Source: Vallitaleaceae bacterium
GTDB taxonomy: Bacteria > Bacillota > Clostridia > Lachnospirales > Vallitaleaceae
Reading direction: 5' to 3'
DNA: 64,000 nucleotides
NCBI GenBank assembly: GCA_963666005.1
Contig: OY762509.1
Coordinates: 1,251,880 to 1,315,879 of the forward strand
A model generated the notes under the pieces. The model saw only the letters and a list, made by a program, of their open reading frames with translations. It did no database searches and was not told the DNA's origin. Positions 39,457 to 48,762 of this stretch are shown here, one piece after another; positions within the stretch are counted from its first letter, which is position 1, and each line of letters starts with the position of its first letter. A program made the translations under genes and the position numbers.

Positions 39457-42330
39457 ATGAGTCTTAAAACGAGAAAACTAATTGTAACAGCACTGATTAT
39501 GTCATTGGTGATGCAGGTATTTACAGGCCTTCATTTGATGGCGTCGGAAGACATGTCGGATATCAGTGGTCACTGGGCAAAGACCCAGGTAGAAAGTTTG
39601 GTGGCCAGTGGTGCTATCACCGGATACCCGGATGGTACTTTTTTACCGGACAATACGATGACAAGAGCAGAGTTCATTGCCGTTGTTACTAGACTTTTGG
39701 ATTTGAATCAGGAGACAACCTACGCTTTTTCTGATGTTCCTTGGGATCATTGGTCTAATGGCTATGTAGGGGCGGCTCTTGATTATGAACTGATCGATTT
39801 GGCAGATTATTATGATGATGCGTCAGGCACCTATGATTTTTTGCCAAATCAGAATATTACACGGGGTGAAATCGCTGAGATTGTTGTTAAAGCCCTTGGC
39901 AATACTTACGCTGCAGAGACTTTCAGTGGTAGTTTGAATGGTTTTTCTGATGGAGCCAGCATTCCAGCCGATCAGTCAGGCTATGTAGACATCGCATCAG
40001 AAGAAGGCATTATCACAGGTTATCCGAATGGTACCTTTGGCGCTGCCAAGACGGCTACAAGAGCTGAAGCCAGTGTCATGCTTATTAGAATGGAGACATC
40101 TCTTGCCAGCAAACCGGAGAAATCCGTGGTAGACAGTGAAGATATCTACGCCTTTTACAGCCAGAATGTTGTCAAAATCTATCTATATGACAGCTACGGT
40201 TATGACCTTGGGACAGGAAGCGGCTTTGTTCTGAATCAAGATGGGGATATTGTCACCAATTACCATGTTATTGAAGAAGCCTATACAGTTGAAGTCGAGT
40301 TCTATGATGGAACAAGGGTTCAAGTTGAGAGTGTTGTTAATTACGATGTCAGCAGAGATGTTGCGGTCATAAACATTGGCAATATTCAAACTGATGTTGT
40401 GCCTGTTAGAATAGGCAATGACAGAGATGTGAATATTGGAAGTACGGTCTATGCGATCGGCTATCCCCTTGGACAGGGATTGACCATCACCGATGGCTTG
40501 ATTAGTTCAGAATATTATGAAGTCTATGATGAGCTTTACCTTCAGATCTCAGCGCCGATTTCTCCAGGCAACAGCGGTGGGCCATTGGTGAATAAGTACG
40601 GGGAAGTCATCGGGATCAATACCCTGGCTTCAAGCCTTTATGCTCAGAACATGAATTATACCATTCCAATCTCGTTGATTGGCGATCTGCTTACGACGGA
40701 CAATACCATATCCATGGTGGCGTTTGCCGAAAGGGATACGGACATTATGAGCCGTCTGAATGTTAATGTGGATGATGTCAAAGTTTATGGTGTGGATAGT
40801 ATAACCGGTGAAAAGGTATATGCAGATAAGAACCACTTTGATTTGAATGAGGTCTATAATTTTGGCGTTGAAGTGACTTTATCCCATGACCGTACCGTTG
40901 GTGACAGTGCCATCTATGTGTCAATGGATATTTATGATGGTGATTATGATTATTATGACTATATGACTTACAATTTGAATCTAAGTGGTGGTACAACCAC
41001 TATATTGGACTTGCCATATGAATCCTATTATAGTTATCTAAGCAGCGGCTACTATTACCTGGAACTGTATCTTGGTGATAGCGGTTATCTTCTCGAAGGG
41101 GTTAGCTTTGACGACCATACCGGGTTTGGTGATTATGTGATGACCGAAACCAGTATCAGTACCTATGATGTGGATTTGTATAATTCAGATTACACAACCT
41201 TATATAGTGATCGTTTTGATGTGAATAGCTTATCTGGCGTTGGTATTGAGCATACAATGACCTTTAGCGAGATGTTCTATTCCTACCATAGCTTCCTTGT
41301 GCGCTATGAGGTAACAGGGCCGAATGATGTGACGGATGTTTTGTATGACACCTTATTTGGTGCATCTTACAGTTATTCAGGGACTAACAGTTTCACCTAT
41401 TATGGCTCTGAGGATGTGCCTCTTAAGACAGGCAATTATATCATTAAAGCCTTTGTAGGCGATGAACTGGTCGATGAAGGTAGTTTTTATATCGGAGATA
41501 TTAACAGGGATACGATTAATGACATTGAAGTTGAAGAGGTTCGCTTCTACGATTATTACGGTGAAGAACCAGTGGACTTCGCCTTTGATGATTATTATTA
41601 CCCTGCTGTGGTCTTAAGCTTTGGTGATATTACGCAGGCCTTATCTCTTGAAGTTGGGTATGCTATTCGTGGGGAAGGTGCAACAAAAGCCTCTATTATA
41701 GATGATATCCAATCCTATGATATTGCCGTTTACACTGAGATGAGTGGTGAGACAGAGGAAGTTTATCTGCCCCTTACAGATGTGCCGACATCCTTCTACA
41801 ATGGCGGCTTGTCAGCCGGTGAAGCCATTGTCATGGACATATATGTGGGTGGTCGTTACAAAGATACAGTTGAAATTCATCCAGGGGTAGACTATGAAGA
41901 GGCAATGTCTATTAATCGTGTGTCCTTTATGGCATCGCCTTTTTCCAATGAAGAGGTGATGGAACTGGGCAGTGATGCGGTCTATTATGTGGGTGAATAT
42001 TATGATGTTGAGGAGCCTTTGGTCACTGCTACTGATTTGATCACGGACCATCTGAGCTATGTTATATGGGTTAATGAGCCGGGTGAAACATCGAGTATTG
42101 CTATGACCTATCCAATTGAGTTGGCCTTGTACAAGGATGCAGACGGTTCTTTAGTAGCCACTTCACGAGAAACTTCAGCAGTTTGGACAGACTTAAGCTA
42201 CGGCATCTACATCAATTCTTTCGAACTTGAAAGCGGTAGTTCATATGATGCAGGCAACTATACACTAAAAGTCTATTATGGCGATGCACAGAAAGTCATC
42301 TATGAACAGGCGGTTGTGATTGCCGAGTAG
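39457..42330 (+). CDS. S-layer-homology (SLH) domain-anchored trypsin-like serine protease (HtrA/S1-like) with long Tyr/Asp-rich C-terminal repeats
   Basis: A signal peptide is followed by three SLH-like repeats, then a protease core (GSGFVLNQDGDIVTNYHVIEEA...D...GNSGGPLVN), and about 550 aa of Tyr/Asp/Gly-rich repeated modules. Confidence 0.75.
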   Translation: MSLKTRKLIVTALIMSLVMQVFTGLHLMASEDMSDISGHWAKTQVESLVASGAITGYPDGTFLPDNTMTRAEFIAVVTRLLDLNQETTYAFSDVPWDHWSNGYVGAALDYELIDLADYYDDASGTYDFLPNQNITRGEIAEIVVKALGNTYAAETFSGSLNGFSDGASIPADQSGYVDIASEEGIITGYPNGTFGAAKTATRAEASVMLIRMETSLASKPEKSVVDSEDIYAFYSQNVVKIYLYDSYGYDLGTGSGFVLNQDGDIVTNYHVIEEAYTVEVEFYDGTRVQVESVVNYDVSRDVAVINIGNIQTDVVPVRIGNDRDVNIGSTVYAIGYPLGQGLTITDGLISSEYYEVYDELYLQISAPISPGNSGGPLVNKYGEVIGINTLASSLYAQNMNYTIPISLIGDLLTTDNTISMVAFAERDTDIMSRLNVNVDDVKVYGVDSITGEKVYADKNHFDLNEVYNFGVEVTLSHDRTVGDSAIYVSMDIYDGDYDYYDYMTYNLNLSGGTTTILDLPYESYYSYLSSGYYYLELYLGDSGYLLEGVSFDDHTGFGDYVMTETSISTYDVDLYNSDYTTLYSDRFDVNSLSGVGIEHTMTFSEMFYSYHSFLVRYEVTGPNDVTDVLYDTLFGASYSYSGTNSFTYYGSEDVPLKTGNYIIKAFVGDELVDEGSFYIGDINRDTINDIEVEEVRFYDYYGEEPVDFAFDDYYYPAVVLSFGDITQALSLEVGYAIRGEGATKASIIDDIQSYDIAVYTEMSGETEEVYLPLTDVPTSFYNGGLSAGEAIVMDIYVGGRYKDTVEIHPGVDYEEAMSINRVSFMASPFSNEEVMELGSDAVYYVGEYYDVEEPLVTATDLITDHLSYVIWVNEPGETSSIAMTYPIELALYKDADGSLVATSRETSAVWTDLSYGIYINSFELESGSSYDAGNYTLKVYYGDAQKVIYEQAVVIAE

Positions 42331-42422
42331 TTATTTTGTTAGAATAGGATTAATCAACCCTTGCTTGTTTGGCACCTCAATTATTGGGGTGTCTGGTATG
42401 GGTATAATGAAAGATGTGAAAT

Positions 42423-44153
42423 ATGAAGACCCTTTTAGTTGGCATTAATGCCAAGTTCATTCATTCGAACCTGGCCATACGATATATGGAGAAATATGCT
42501 GCGAGGCGTGGAGTATCCGTTGCTACAGCAGAGTTTACCATCAATCAATCCATTGACTTGATTATGGACCACATTATGGACGCATATCCTGATGTGGTTG
42601 GGTTCTCATGCTACTTATGGAATATAGAGATGGTCAGGCAGTTGGCTATGATGATCAAACAGGTTAGGCCAAAGGTGAAAATCTTGTTCGGGGGCCCGGA
42701 AGTCTCTTATGATTCGGAACTGCTGATGTCTTCGGATATGGCAGTGGACTATGTTATATCTGGTGAAGGGGAAGTCAGTACGACGGCGTTGATTGAGGCC
42801 TTGTCAAAGGGGCTGTCCCTTGATCATGTGCCAGGTCTTACCTACCGTCAAGAAAGCAAGGTTGTTAAGAATCTTGCTGGTCACCCAATGGCGATGGCAG
42901 AGGTGCCTTTTGTCTACGAGGATGATTTGTCTTCTCTAGCCAATAAGATTATCTATTATGAAACCAGCAGAGGTTGCCCATACAAGTGCCAATACTGCTT
43001 GTCTTCTATTGAAAAAGGTGTTCGTTTTAGACCGATAGAGATGGTCAAGGAGGAGCTTCAATTCTTCCTAGACCATCAGGTGCCACAGGTGAAGTTTGTG
43101 GATCGTACATTCAATGCCAATAAGAAGCATACATGGGCTATTTGGCATTATCTGCATGAGCACGATAATGGTGTAACGAATTTTCACTTTGAGATTACAG
43201 CGGATCTGCTTGATGATGCGACCATTGAATTTCTTACAAAAGTACGGCCGGGCCTTTTTCAGTTTGAAGTTGGTGTTCAGTCCACTCACGAACCGACGAT
43301 TATAACCCTTGAACGAAAAGTGGACTTTGAGAAACTTAAGGATAAGGTCATCAAAGTCATGGTAGGTGGCAATATCCATATGCACTTGGATTTGATTGCA
43401 GGTCTGCCAAAGGAAGATTATCCTACTTTCAGACAGTCGTTCAATGATGTGATGGCCATAAGACCGGAGCAATTGCAATTAGGATTCCTGAAGGTGTTAA
43501 AAGGTAGCCGTATTCATCAACTTCAGCGTGAGTATGACATTACTTATCGGCAGTTTGCTCCTTATGAGGTATTAAGTACTAAGGAGATGTCTTATGAGGA
43601 TTTGAGGCGGCTGAAGCGGATTGAAGAAATGCTCGAGGTCTATTACAACAGCCATCAGTTCGAAACGGCTATTGACTATTTGACTGGGCTTTGCTCCAGC
43701 CCTTTTGACTTATTCGAGGGTATGGCTGATTGGTGGCATGAACAAGGTTTGTTTGATATGCCTCACAATAAACTTAAGTTGTATGAATTATTGGAATCAT
43801 ATGGTTCGAAAGTGGATTATGTGGATGTTCCTAGACTTAGGAATTATCTTAAACATGATTTGATCTTACGTGAGAAGCCGAAGAAATGGCCGGCTTTTAT
43901 TCAGAGAGAAGAGAAAGTCAGTCCCCAGGCCAGATGTTTTTATCAGAATGAGGCGCTGAGGGAGACTTTATTTGCCAATTATGAGGGCATGAGTGCCAAG
44001 CAATTGACCAGGATGACCCATTTGGAATGTTACGAGTATGATGTTCTTGGTGATGGGGAGAAGTCGGTTCGGTGGTTGTTTTATGATTATCGGGATCGGG
44101 ATTTTATGACTGGGTGTGGGGCTGTTGTGAATGTGACGGCATTGGTTTTGTAG
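42423..44153 (+). CDS. B12-binding-domain radical SAM protein with C-terminal DUF4080-like region
   Basis: An N-terminal Rossmann-like (B12-binding-like) region is followed by the SRGCPYKCQYC CxxxCxxC radical SAM motif. The protein is 576 aa. Confidence 0.75.
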   Translation: MKTLLVGINAKFIHSNLAIRYMEKYAARRGVSVATAEFTINQSIDLIMDHIMDAYPDVVGFSCYLWNIEMVRQLAMMIKQVRPKVKILFGGPEVSYDSELLMSSDMAVDYVISGEGEVSTTALIEALSKGLSLDHVPGLTYRQESKVVKNLAGHPMAMAEVPFVYEDDLSSLANKIIYYETSRGCPYKCQYCLSSIEKGVRFRPIEMVKEELQFFLDHQVPQVKFVDRTFNANKKHTWAIWHYLHEHDNGVTNFHFEITADLLDDATIEFLTKVRPGLFQFEVGVQSTHEPTIITLERKVDFEKLKDKVIKVMVGGNIHMHLDLIAGLPKEDYPTFRQSFNDVMAIRPEQLQLGFLKVLKGSRIHQLQREYDITYRQFAPYEVLSTKEMSYEDLRRLKRIEEMLEVYYNSHQFETAIDYLTGLCSSPFDLFEGMADWWHEQGLFDMPHNKLKLYELLESYGSKVDYVDVPRLRNYLKHDLILREKPKKWPAFIQREEKVSPQARCFYQNEALRETLFANYEGMSAKQLTRMTHLECYEYDVLGDGEKSVRWLFYDYRDRDFMTGCGAVVNVTALVL

Positions 44154-44199
44154 GGGGATGGTGGTCGCAGATTGCCAGTCGCAGGTCGCCGGAAGAGAA

Positions 44200-44266
44200 T
44201 TGGGGATTTGTTCGAAGCCTCAGACATGCTTGCTGCGCAATCAAACTCGTTTCGATACAAACCCCC
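44200..44266 (+). repeat. dispersed palindromic intergenic repeat, copy 2
   Basis: The core cgaagcctcagacatgcttgctgcgcaatcaaactcgtttcgatac (44213-44258) is flanked by ggggatttgtt and gatacaaacccc complementary arms. Confidence 0.7.
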
Positions 44267-44420
44267 AATCCTCATCCGGCTCGGTTTAGTGGGGATACAG
44301 GAAAACTCGTTTTGTTATAAGAGCTAAATGCTTTGTCTGCTCGGTTTCGCCGGGATATAGTTTTGATACAAACGCTCAATCCTTGTCAGGTTCTGTATCG
44401 GGTGGTGTTAAAAAGCCAAC
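44267..44420 (+). repeat. degenerate tandem partial copies of the repeat 3' half
   Basis: aaactcgtttYgWtacaa recurs three times (44243, 44300, 44366), and gctcggtttNNNggggataYag recurs twice. The units have unequal length and are decayed. Confidence 0.55.
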
Positions 44421-44452
44421 GGTTGTTATGTTGTAAGATTAAGGAGTTGGAA

Positions 44453-45088
44453 ATGACTAAGAAAGTTGCGGCGCAGGTTATGGCTATTTTGTATGAGCTG
44501 CACCCGAATGCGGAATGTGAATTGAATCATCAGACGCCGTTTCAGTTATTGGTGGCGACGGTTTTGTCGGCTCAGACGACGGATGTTGCGGTGAATAAGG
44601 TGACGCCTGCTTTGTTTGAGCGTTATCCTACTGCTTATGATATGTCGCTGGCGAATGTTGGGGATGTTGAAGATTTGATTCGTAAGATTGGTCTGTATAA
44701 GAACAAGGCGAAGAATGTGGTTGCATTGTCTCAGATGCTGGTGGAAGATTATGATCAGAAAGTACCGGAGTCCATTAAAGAGCTGGTGAAGCTGCCTGGG
44801 GTAGGTCAGAAGACGGCTAATGTGGTGGTTAGCAATGCTTTTGGTGTGCCGGCGATTGCGGTGGATACCCATGTGTTTCGTGTTTCCAACAGAATCGGTA
44901 TTGCCAATGCTAAGAATGTGAAGGACACGGAGCTTCAGCTTCAGAAGAAGATTCCCAAGGATGAATGGATACAGGCCCATCATACCTTTATTTTTCATGG
45001 TCGTTATATGTGCGATGCAAGAAGTCCTAAGTGTGAGGTATGTCCACTGACGGATTATTGCAAGTATTATAAGAAGATGAGTAAGTAG
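44453..45088 (+). CDS. nth: endonuclease III
   Basis: HhH-GPD motifs (LPGVGQKTANVV) and a C-terminal [4Fe-4S] cysteine ladder CDARSPKCEVCPLTDYC are present. An AAGGAG ribosome-binding site precedes the ATG at 44453. Confidence 0.9.
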   Translation: MTKKVAAQVMAILYELHPNAECELNHQTPFQLLVATVLSAQTTDVAVNKVTPALFERYPTAYDMSLANVGDVEDLIRKIGLYKNKAKNVVALSQMLVEDYDQKVPESIKELVKLPGVGQKTANVVVSNAFGVPAIAVDTHVFRVSNRIGIANAKNVKDTELQLQKKIPKDEWIQAHHTFIFHGRYMCDARSPKCEVCPLTDYCKYYKKMSK

Positions 45089-45123
45089 TTAGAGGTTTGG
45101 CTAAAACCCGCTTATGTCGAATC

Positions 45124-45191
45124 CATTGATTCATCTGAAGCCTCAGACAAGTCTGCGATGCAGCCAAACTCGTTTCGTGATGAACCAACGG
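45124..45191 (+). repeat. dispersed palindromic intergenic repeat, copy 3
   Basis: The core tgaagcctcagacaagtctgcgatgcagccaaactcgtttcgt is flanked by ccattgattcatc and gatgaaccaacgg arms (11 of 13 paired). Confidence 0.7.
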
Positions 45192-45261
45192 CTCCGCCAT
45201 AAGCTATATTGATTAGAAATAAACAGTTACAGATTAAGATATTATGAAGGAGGACAAATGG

Positions 45262-45879
45262 ATGAAAACACCGATAGTGATCGGCATCGCCGGAGGCACC
45301 GGATCAGGTAAAACAACTCTGGTAAAAAAGTTGAGAGATGTGGTCGGTGACGAAGTTGTTACTCTGACCCATGATTTCTATTATAAGGACAATGAAGGTA
45401 TTTTGCTGGAAGAACGAAAAAAACTAAATTATGATCATCCTCATGCTTTTGACACGGACATGATGGTAGCGGATGTGGAGGCTTTGAAGCGGGGAGAAGA
45501 AATCGATCATCCTCTCTATGATTTCGTCCTGCACACAAGGTCTAAAGATTCGGTACATGTAGGACCAAAGAAGGTCATCATCGTTGAAGGCATCCTTATC
45601 TTTGAACACAAAGCTTTGCGGGAACTTTGCGACATGAAGATCTTCGTGGACACAGATGCCGATGTCAGAATCATCAGGCGCTTAACAAGGGATGTGAAAG
45701 AACGGGGACGAAGTATGGATTCCGTTATTTCTCAATACCTGAATACGGTCAAACCGATGCATGAAGAATTTGTCGAACCATCGAAGAAGTTCGCTGATAT
45801 CATTGTACCGGAGGGTGGTTATAACACAGTCGCCATATCCATGATCAGGGACAGAATCAGGACCTTATTGGCGCGATGA
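45262..45879 (+). CDS. udk: uridine kinase
   Basis: The P-loop IVIGIAGGTGSGKTT is present, and the protein is about 205 aa. AAGGAGG lies 8 nt upstream of the ATG at 45262. Confidence 0.85.
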   Translation: MKTPIVIGIAGGTGSGKTTLVKKLRDVVGDEVVTLTHDFYYKDNEGILLEERKKLNYDHPHAFDTDMMVADVEALKRGEEIDHPLYDFVLHTRSKDSVHVGPKKVIIVEGILIFEHKALRELCDMKIFVDTDADVRIIRRLTRDVKERGRSMDSVISQYLNTVKPMHEEFVEPSKKFADIIVPEGGYNTVAISMIRDRIRTLLAR

Positions 45880-45968
45880 CCCTAGGTGATGTATAATGTA
45901 AGAGACTGAATCGTTACTCTATAACATTGCACTATACAAGGAGTAACCCGGTAACGGGCAGTGACTAT

Positions 45969-48098
45969 ATGAGCTTACATATACCCTTTGAACAATTGAC
46001 ACAGACTCAGAAGCTGTTCTTATATGTGGATACACGCCAGCCTTTCCTTAATGGCAAGGCTATCTTTTCAGACGGTACTGATTTTTATTGCAGCCCATCG
46101 GAGCCAACGGACAATGATGAAATTACCATTCGCTTTCGATGTGCCAAGAATAACATCGATCAAGTGTTCCTCTGCTACAATGATCGTAGAGAATTGATGG
46201 CGCTGGATTTTTCAGATGAATTGTTTGATTACTATACAATGACAATTGCACCGCTTAAGGTTAAGACAGATTATTTCTTTGAAGTCATTTCAGGCAATCT
46301 GAAGGTTTATTACAACAAAAAAGGTCTGACCAGGGAGCCGGAGAGCTATTATCATTTTTCCATAGTGCCTAATTTCAAAACACCTGATTGGGCTAAAGGC
46401 GCAGTTATGTACCAGGTCTTTGTGGATCGTTTCTTCAATGGGGATCCGGACAATGATGTGGTGGATAACGAGTACCATTATGTGGGTAAGCTGGCTAAGA
46501 AAGTAACAGACTGGAATAAATACCCGGATCCGGACGGTATACGGGAGTTCTATGGTGGTGACCTTCAGGGGGTCATCGATAAAATGGACTATCTGAAGGA
46601 ATTAGGTGTGGATGTCATATATATGAATCCGATCTTTGTCTCACCTTCCAATCATAAATACGATACCCAGGATTATGATGCAATCGATCCTCACTATGGG
46701 AGGATTGTTCTTGATGGGGGCAGTGTTTTGACAGATGAAGATCCGGACAACATGAAAGCCTCCAAGTATATCATCCGAACAACGGAGCCAGTCAACATTG
46801 AAGGTTCCAATGCCCTATTCAAGGACCTTGTGGATCAGGCCCATAAAAGAGGTATGCGCGTTATTTTGGATGGTGTCTTCAACCACTGTGGTTCTTTCAA
46901 TAAGTGGATGGACAGGGAGAAGTTCTATGCCAATTCCCATGACTATCCACCAGGGGCTTTTACGACCGGGTCAAGCCCTTATGGCACATTCTTTAACTTT
47001 TATAACCGTGGTGCTTGGCCTGATAACCCCCATTACGATGGATGGTGGGGCTATGATACTTTGCCAAAGCTGAACTACGAAGGGTCACCGAAGCTGTATC
47101 AGTATATTCTGGATGTGGCCAAAAAATGGGTGTCTGAGCCGTATAACGCCGATGGATGGCGACTGGATGTTGCGGCAGATCTGGGCTACACCAAAGAGTT
47201 TAACCATAAGTTTTGGAGAGATTTCAGAAATGCGGTCAAAGAGGCGAATCCTGAAGCTATTATTCTGGCAGAGCATTATGGGGATCCAAGTGACTGGATC
47301 AGAGGTGGTGATCAGTGGGATACGGTGATGAACTATGATGCCTTCATGGAGCCGATTACTTGGTTTCTGACGGGTATGGAGAAGCACTCAGATGAATTCA
47401 GAGGTGATCTTATAGGTAATCACCAAGCTTTCTTTGGTGCAATGACTCATCATATGTCAAGATTTCATACCAATTCACTACAGGTGGCAATGAACGAACT
47501 GTCCAATCACGATCATAGTCGTTTCTTGACCAGAACCAACCATCGAGTTGGCAGAACTGGTACTCATGGTGCAAACACAGCATCAGATGGTATCAATCGT
47601 GGCATTATGAAAGAGGCGGTTGTGATGCAGATGACTTGGCCAGGTGCACCGACCATTTATTACGGCGATGAAGTTGGTGTCTGTGGCTGGACCGATCCGG
47701 ACAATCGCAGATCCTACCCATGGGGCAATGAGGATATGGATCTTTTGAATCTGCATCGTTCGTTGATCAGCCTAAGAAAAGCTATTCCCTGCCTGAAGAA
47801 AGGTTCCATAAAATTCTTGCATGGTGAACATCAGGTGATAGCTTACGGTCGTTTTGATGAAGAATCGAAGATCATTGTTGCCATTAACAATAGCGATGCA
47901 ACTAAGACCATTAAGATACCTGTGTGGGAGATTGGCATTCCATCAGCTGAAGTGTGTCAACAGATTCTTGAGACCACACCGGAGCATTTTACTACGGAAG
48001 ATCGTTATTACACGGTGTTCAAAGGTAAGATTGAGTTGGAATTGAAGCCTTTTAGCGCTAAAGTCTTAAAAGAAAAGCTATACAACGAAAGTAAATGA
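45969..48098 (+). CDS. GH13 alpha-amylase-family glycosidase (neopullulanase/cyclomaltodextrinase-like) with N-terminal accessory domain
   Basis: GH13 conserved regions are present: DGVFNHCG (I), GWRLDVAADL (II), EHYGD (III) and LSNHDHSRFL (IV). The start is uncertain: 45927 TTG or 45969 ATG. Confidence 0.75.
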   Translation: MSLHIPFEQLTQTQKLFLYVDTRQPFLNGKAIFSDGTDFYCSPSEPTDNDEITIRFRCAKNNIDQVFLCYNDRRELMALDFSDELFDYYTMTIAPLKVKTDYFFEVISGNLKVYYNKKGLTREPESYYHFSIVPNFKTPDWAKGAVMYQVFVDRFFNGDPDNDVVDNEYHYVGKLAKKVTDWNKYPDPDGIREFYGGDLQGVIDKMDYLKELGVDVIYMNPIFVSPSNHKYDTQDYDAIDPHYGRIVLDGGSVLTDEDPDNMKASKYIIRTTEPVNIEGSNALFKDLVDQAHKRGMRVILDGVFNHCGSFNKWMDREKFYANSHDYPPGAFTTGSSPYGTFFNFYNRGAWPDNPHYDGWWGYDTLPKLNYEGSPKLYQYILDVAKKWVSEPYNADGWRLDVAADLGYTKEFNHKFWRDFRNAVKEANPEAIILAEHYGDPSDWIRGGDQWDTVMNYDAFMEPITWFLTGMEKHSDEFRGDLIGNHQAFFGAMTHHMSRFHTNSLQVAMNELSNHDHSRFLTRTNHRVGRTGTHGANTASDGINRGIMKEAVVMQMTWPGAPTIYYGDEVGVCGWTDPDNRRSYPWGNEDMDLLNLHRSLISLRKAIPCLKKGSIKFLHGEHQVIAYGRFDEESKIIVAINNSDATKTIKIPVWEIGIPSAEVCQQILETTPEHFTTEDRYYTVFKGKIELELKPFSAKVLKEKLYNESK

Positions 48099-48104
48099 TA
48101 TAGG

Positions 48105-48137
48105 TACCTCCATCGGGTGTTCGGTGGAGGTGCTTTA
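48105..48137 (+). terminator. probable terminator after the GH13 gene
   Basis: The stem cctccatcg/cggtggagg is followed by gcttta. Confidence 0.4.
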
Positions 48138-48198
48138 TGCCTCTACGGAGAACGTTCGTAATAACAGTCACGAATGGTTCAAGAAAGCAGGTTCTAGA

Positions 48199-48672
48199 TT
48201 GAACAATGATAAATTTACACGACGCAGACGCTGGTTGATTGGGTCGTTTATCTTATATATGGGCACCCTGTTCTACTTGGTGTTTTTCTCTTATGCGTAT
48301 GGACGAAACAATGCACAGATATTAAGGTATCAGAATATGAACCTCATCCCCTTTGCAACAATACAGAAATACACCCACGCCTGGGGTGCAGTGAGTAATA
48401 TGGTAATCATCACAAATATACTGGGGAACATTGTGGCCTTTATACCGTTTGGGCTACTGTTACCAGTGTTGAAACCATCCTTAAAAGGCCTATGGCGCAT
48501 TTTTTTTGCTAGTCTGGGACTTTCAGCCTTTATAGAGTTGGTGCAGGGTTTGCTTGGTGTCGGTGTTATGGATGTAGATGACTTGATTCTAAATGTGCTG
48601 GGTGGCCTAGTTGGTTATCTGGTGTTTAGGCTTTTTAGTAACTATCTAATGAGTAAGGCGTCAAAAGCTTAG
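48199..48672 (+). CDS. VanZ-like family membrane protein
   Basis: Four TM helices are present, with the VanZ signature region LIPFATIQ...NILGNIVAFIPFGLLLP...IELVQGLLGVGVMDVDDLILNVLGGLVGY. The start is uncertain: the supplied GTG at 48124 lies inside the terminator hairpin. Confidence 0.5.
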   Translation: MNNDKFTRRRRWLIGSFILYMGTLFYLVFFSYAYGRNNAQILRYQNMNLIPFATIQKYTHAWGAVSNMVIITNILGNIVAFIPFGLLLPVLKPSLKGLWRIFFASLGLSAFIELVQGLLGVGVMDVDDLILNVLGGLVGYLVFRLFSNYLMSKASKA

Positions 48673-48762
48673 GTTGAGCTGGATGTGTATAATATATAAG
48701 GTGTCATCGGAATAATACTTAATAATCTATGAGACTAAACGGATTGAAAGGAGAGTAACAAG

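Noticed and set aside
44114-44320. Cys-rich 68-aa ORF (MWGCCECDGIGF...) overlapping the 3' end of the radical SAM gene, initially tempting as a RiPP precursor
   Set aside because: It lies in an alternative frame across the rSAM C-terminus and runs straight through repeat copy 2, which is non-coding in its other three occurrences. It has no ribosome-binding site, so it is most likely a chance ORF created by the repeat.
44150-44452. CRISPR-like appearance of the tandem repeat cluster
   Set aside because: The units are unequal in length, degenerate and contiguous without unique spacers of uniform size, and no cas genes are nearby. The cluster is better explained as decayed copies of the dispersed palindromic element.
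48124-48198. The annotated GTG start of the VanZ-like ORF at 48124
   Set aside because: The GTG sits inside the stem of the terminator hairpin following the GH13 gene and lacks a ribosome-binding site. A downstream in-frame start (48199 TTG or 48259 ATG) is more plausible.
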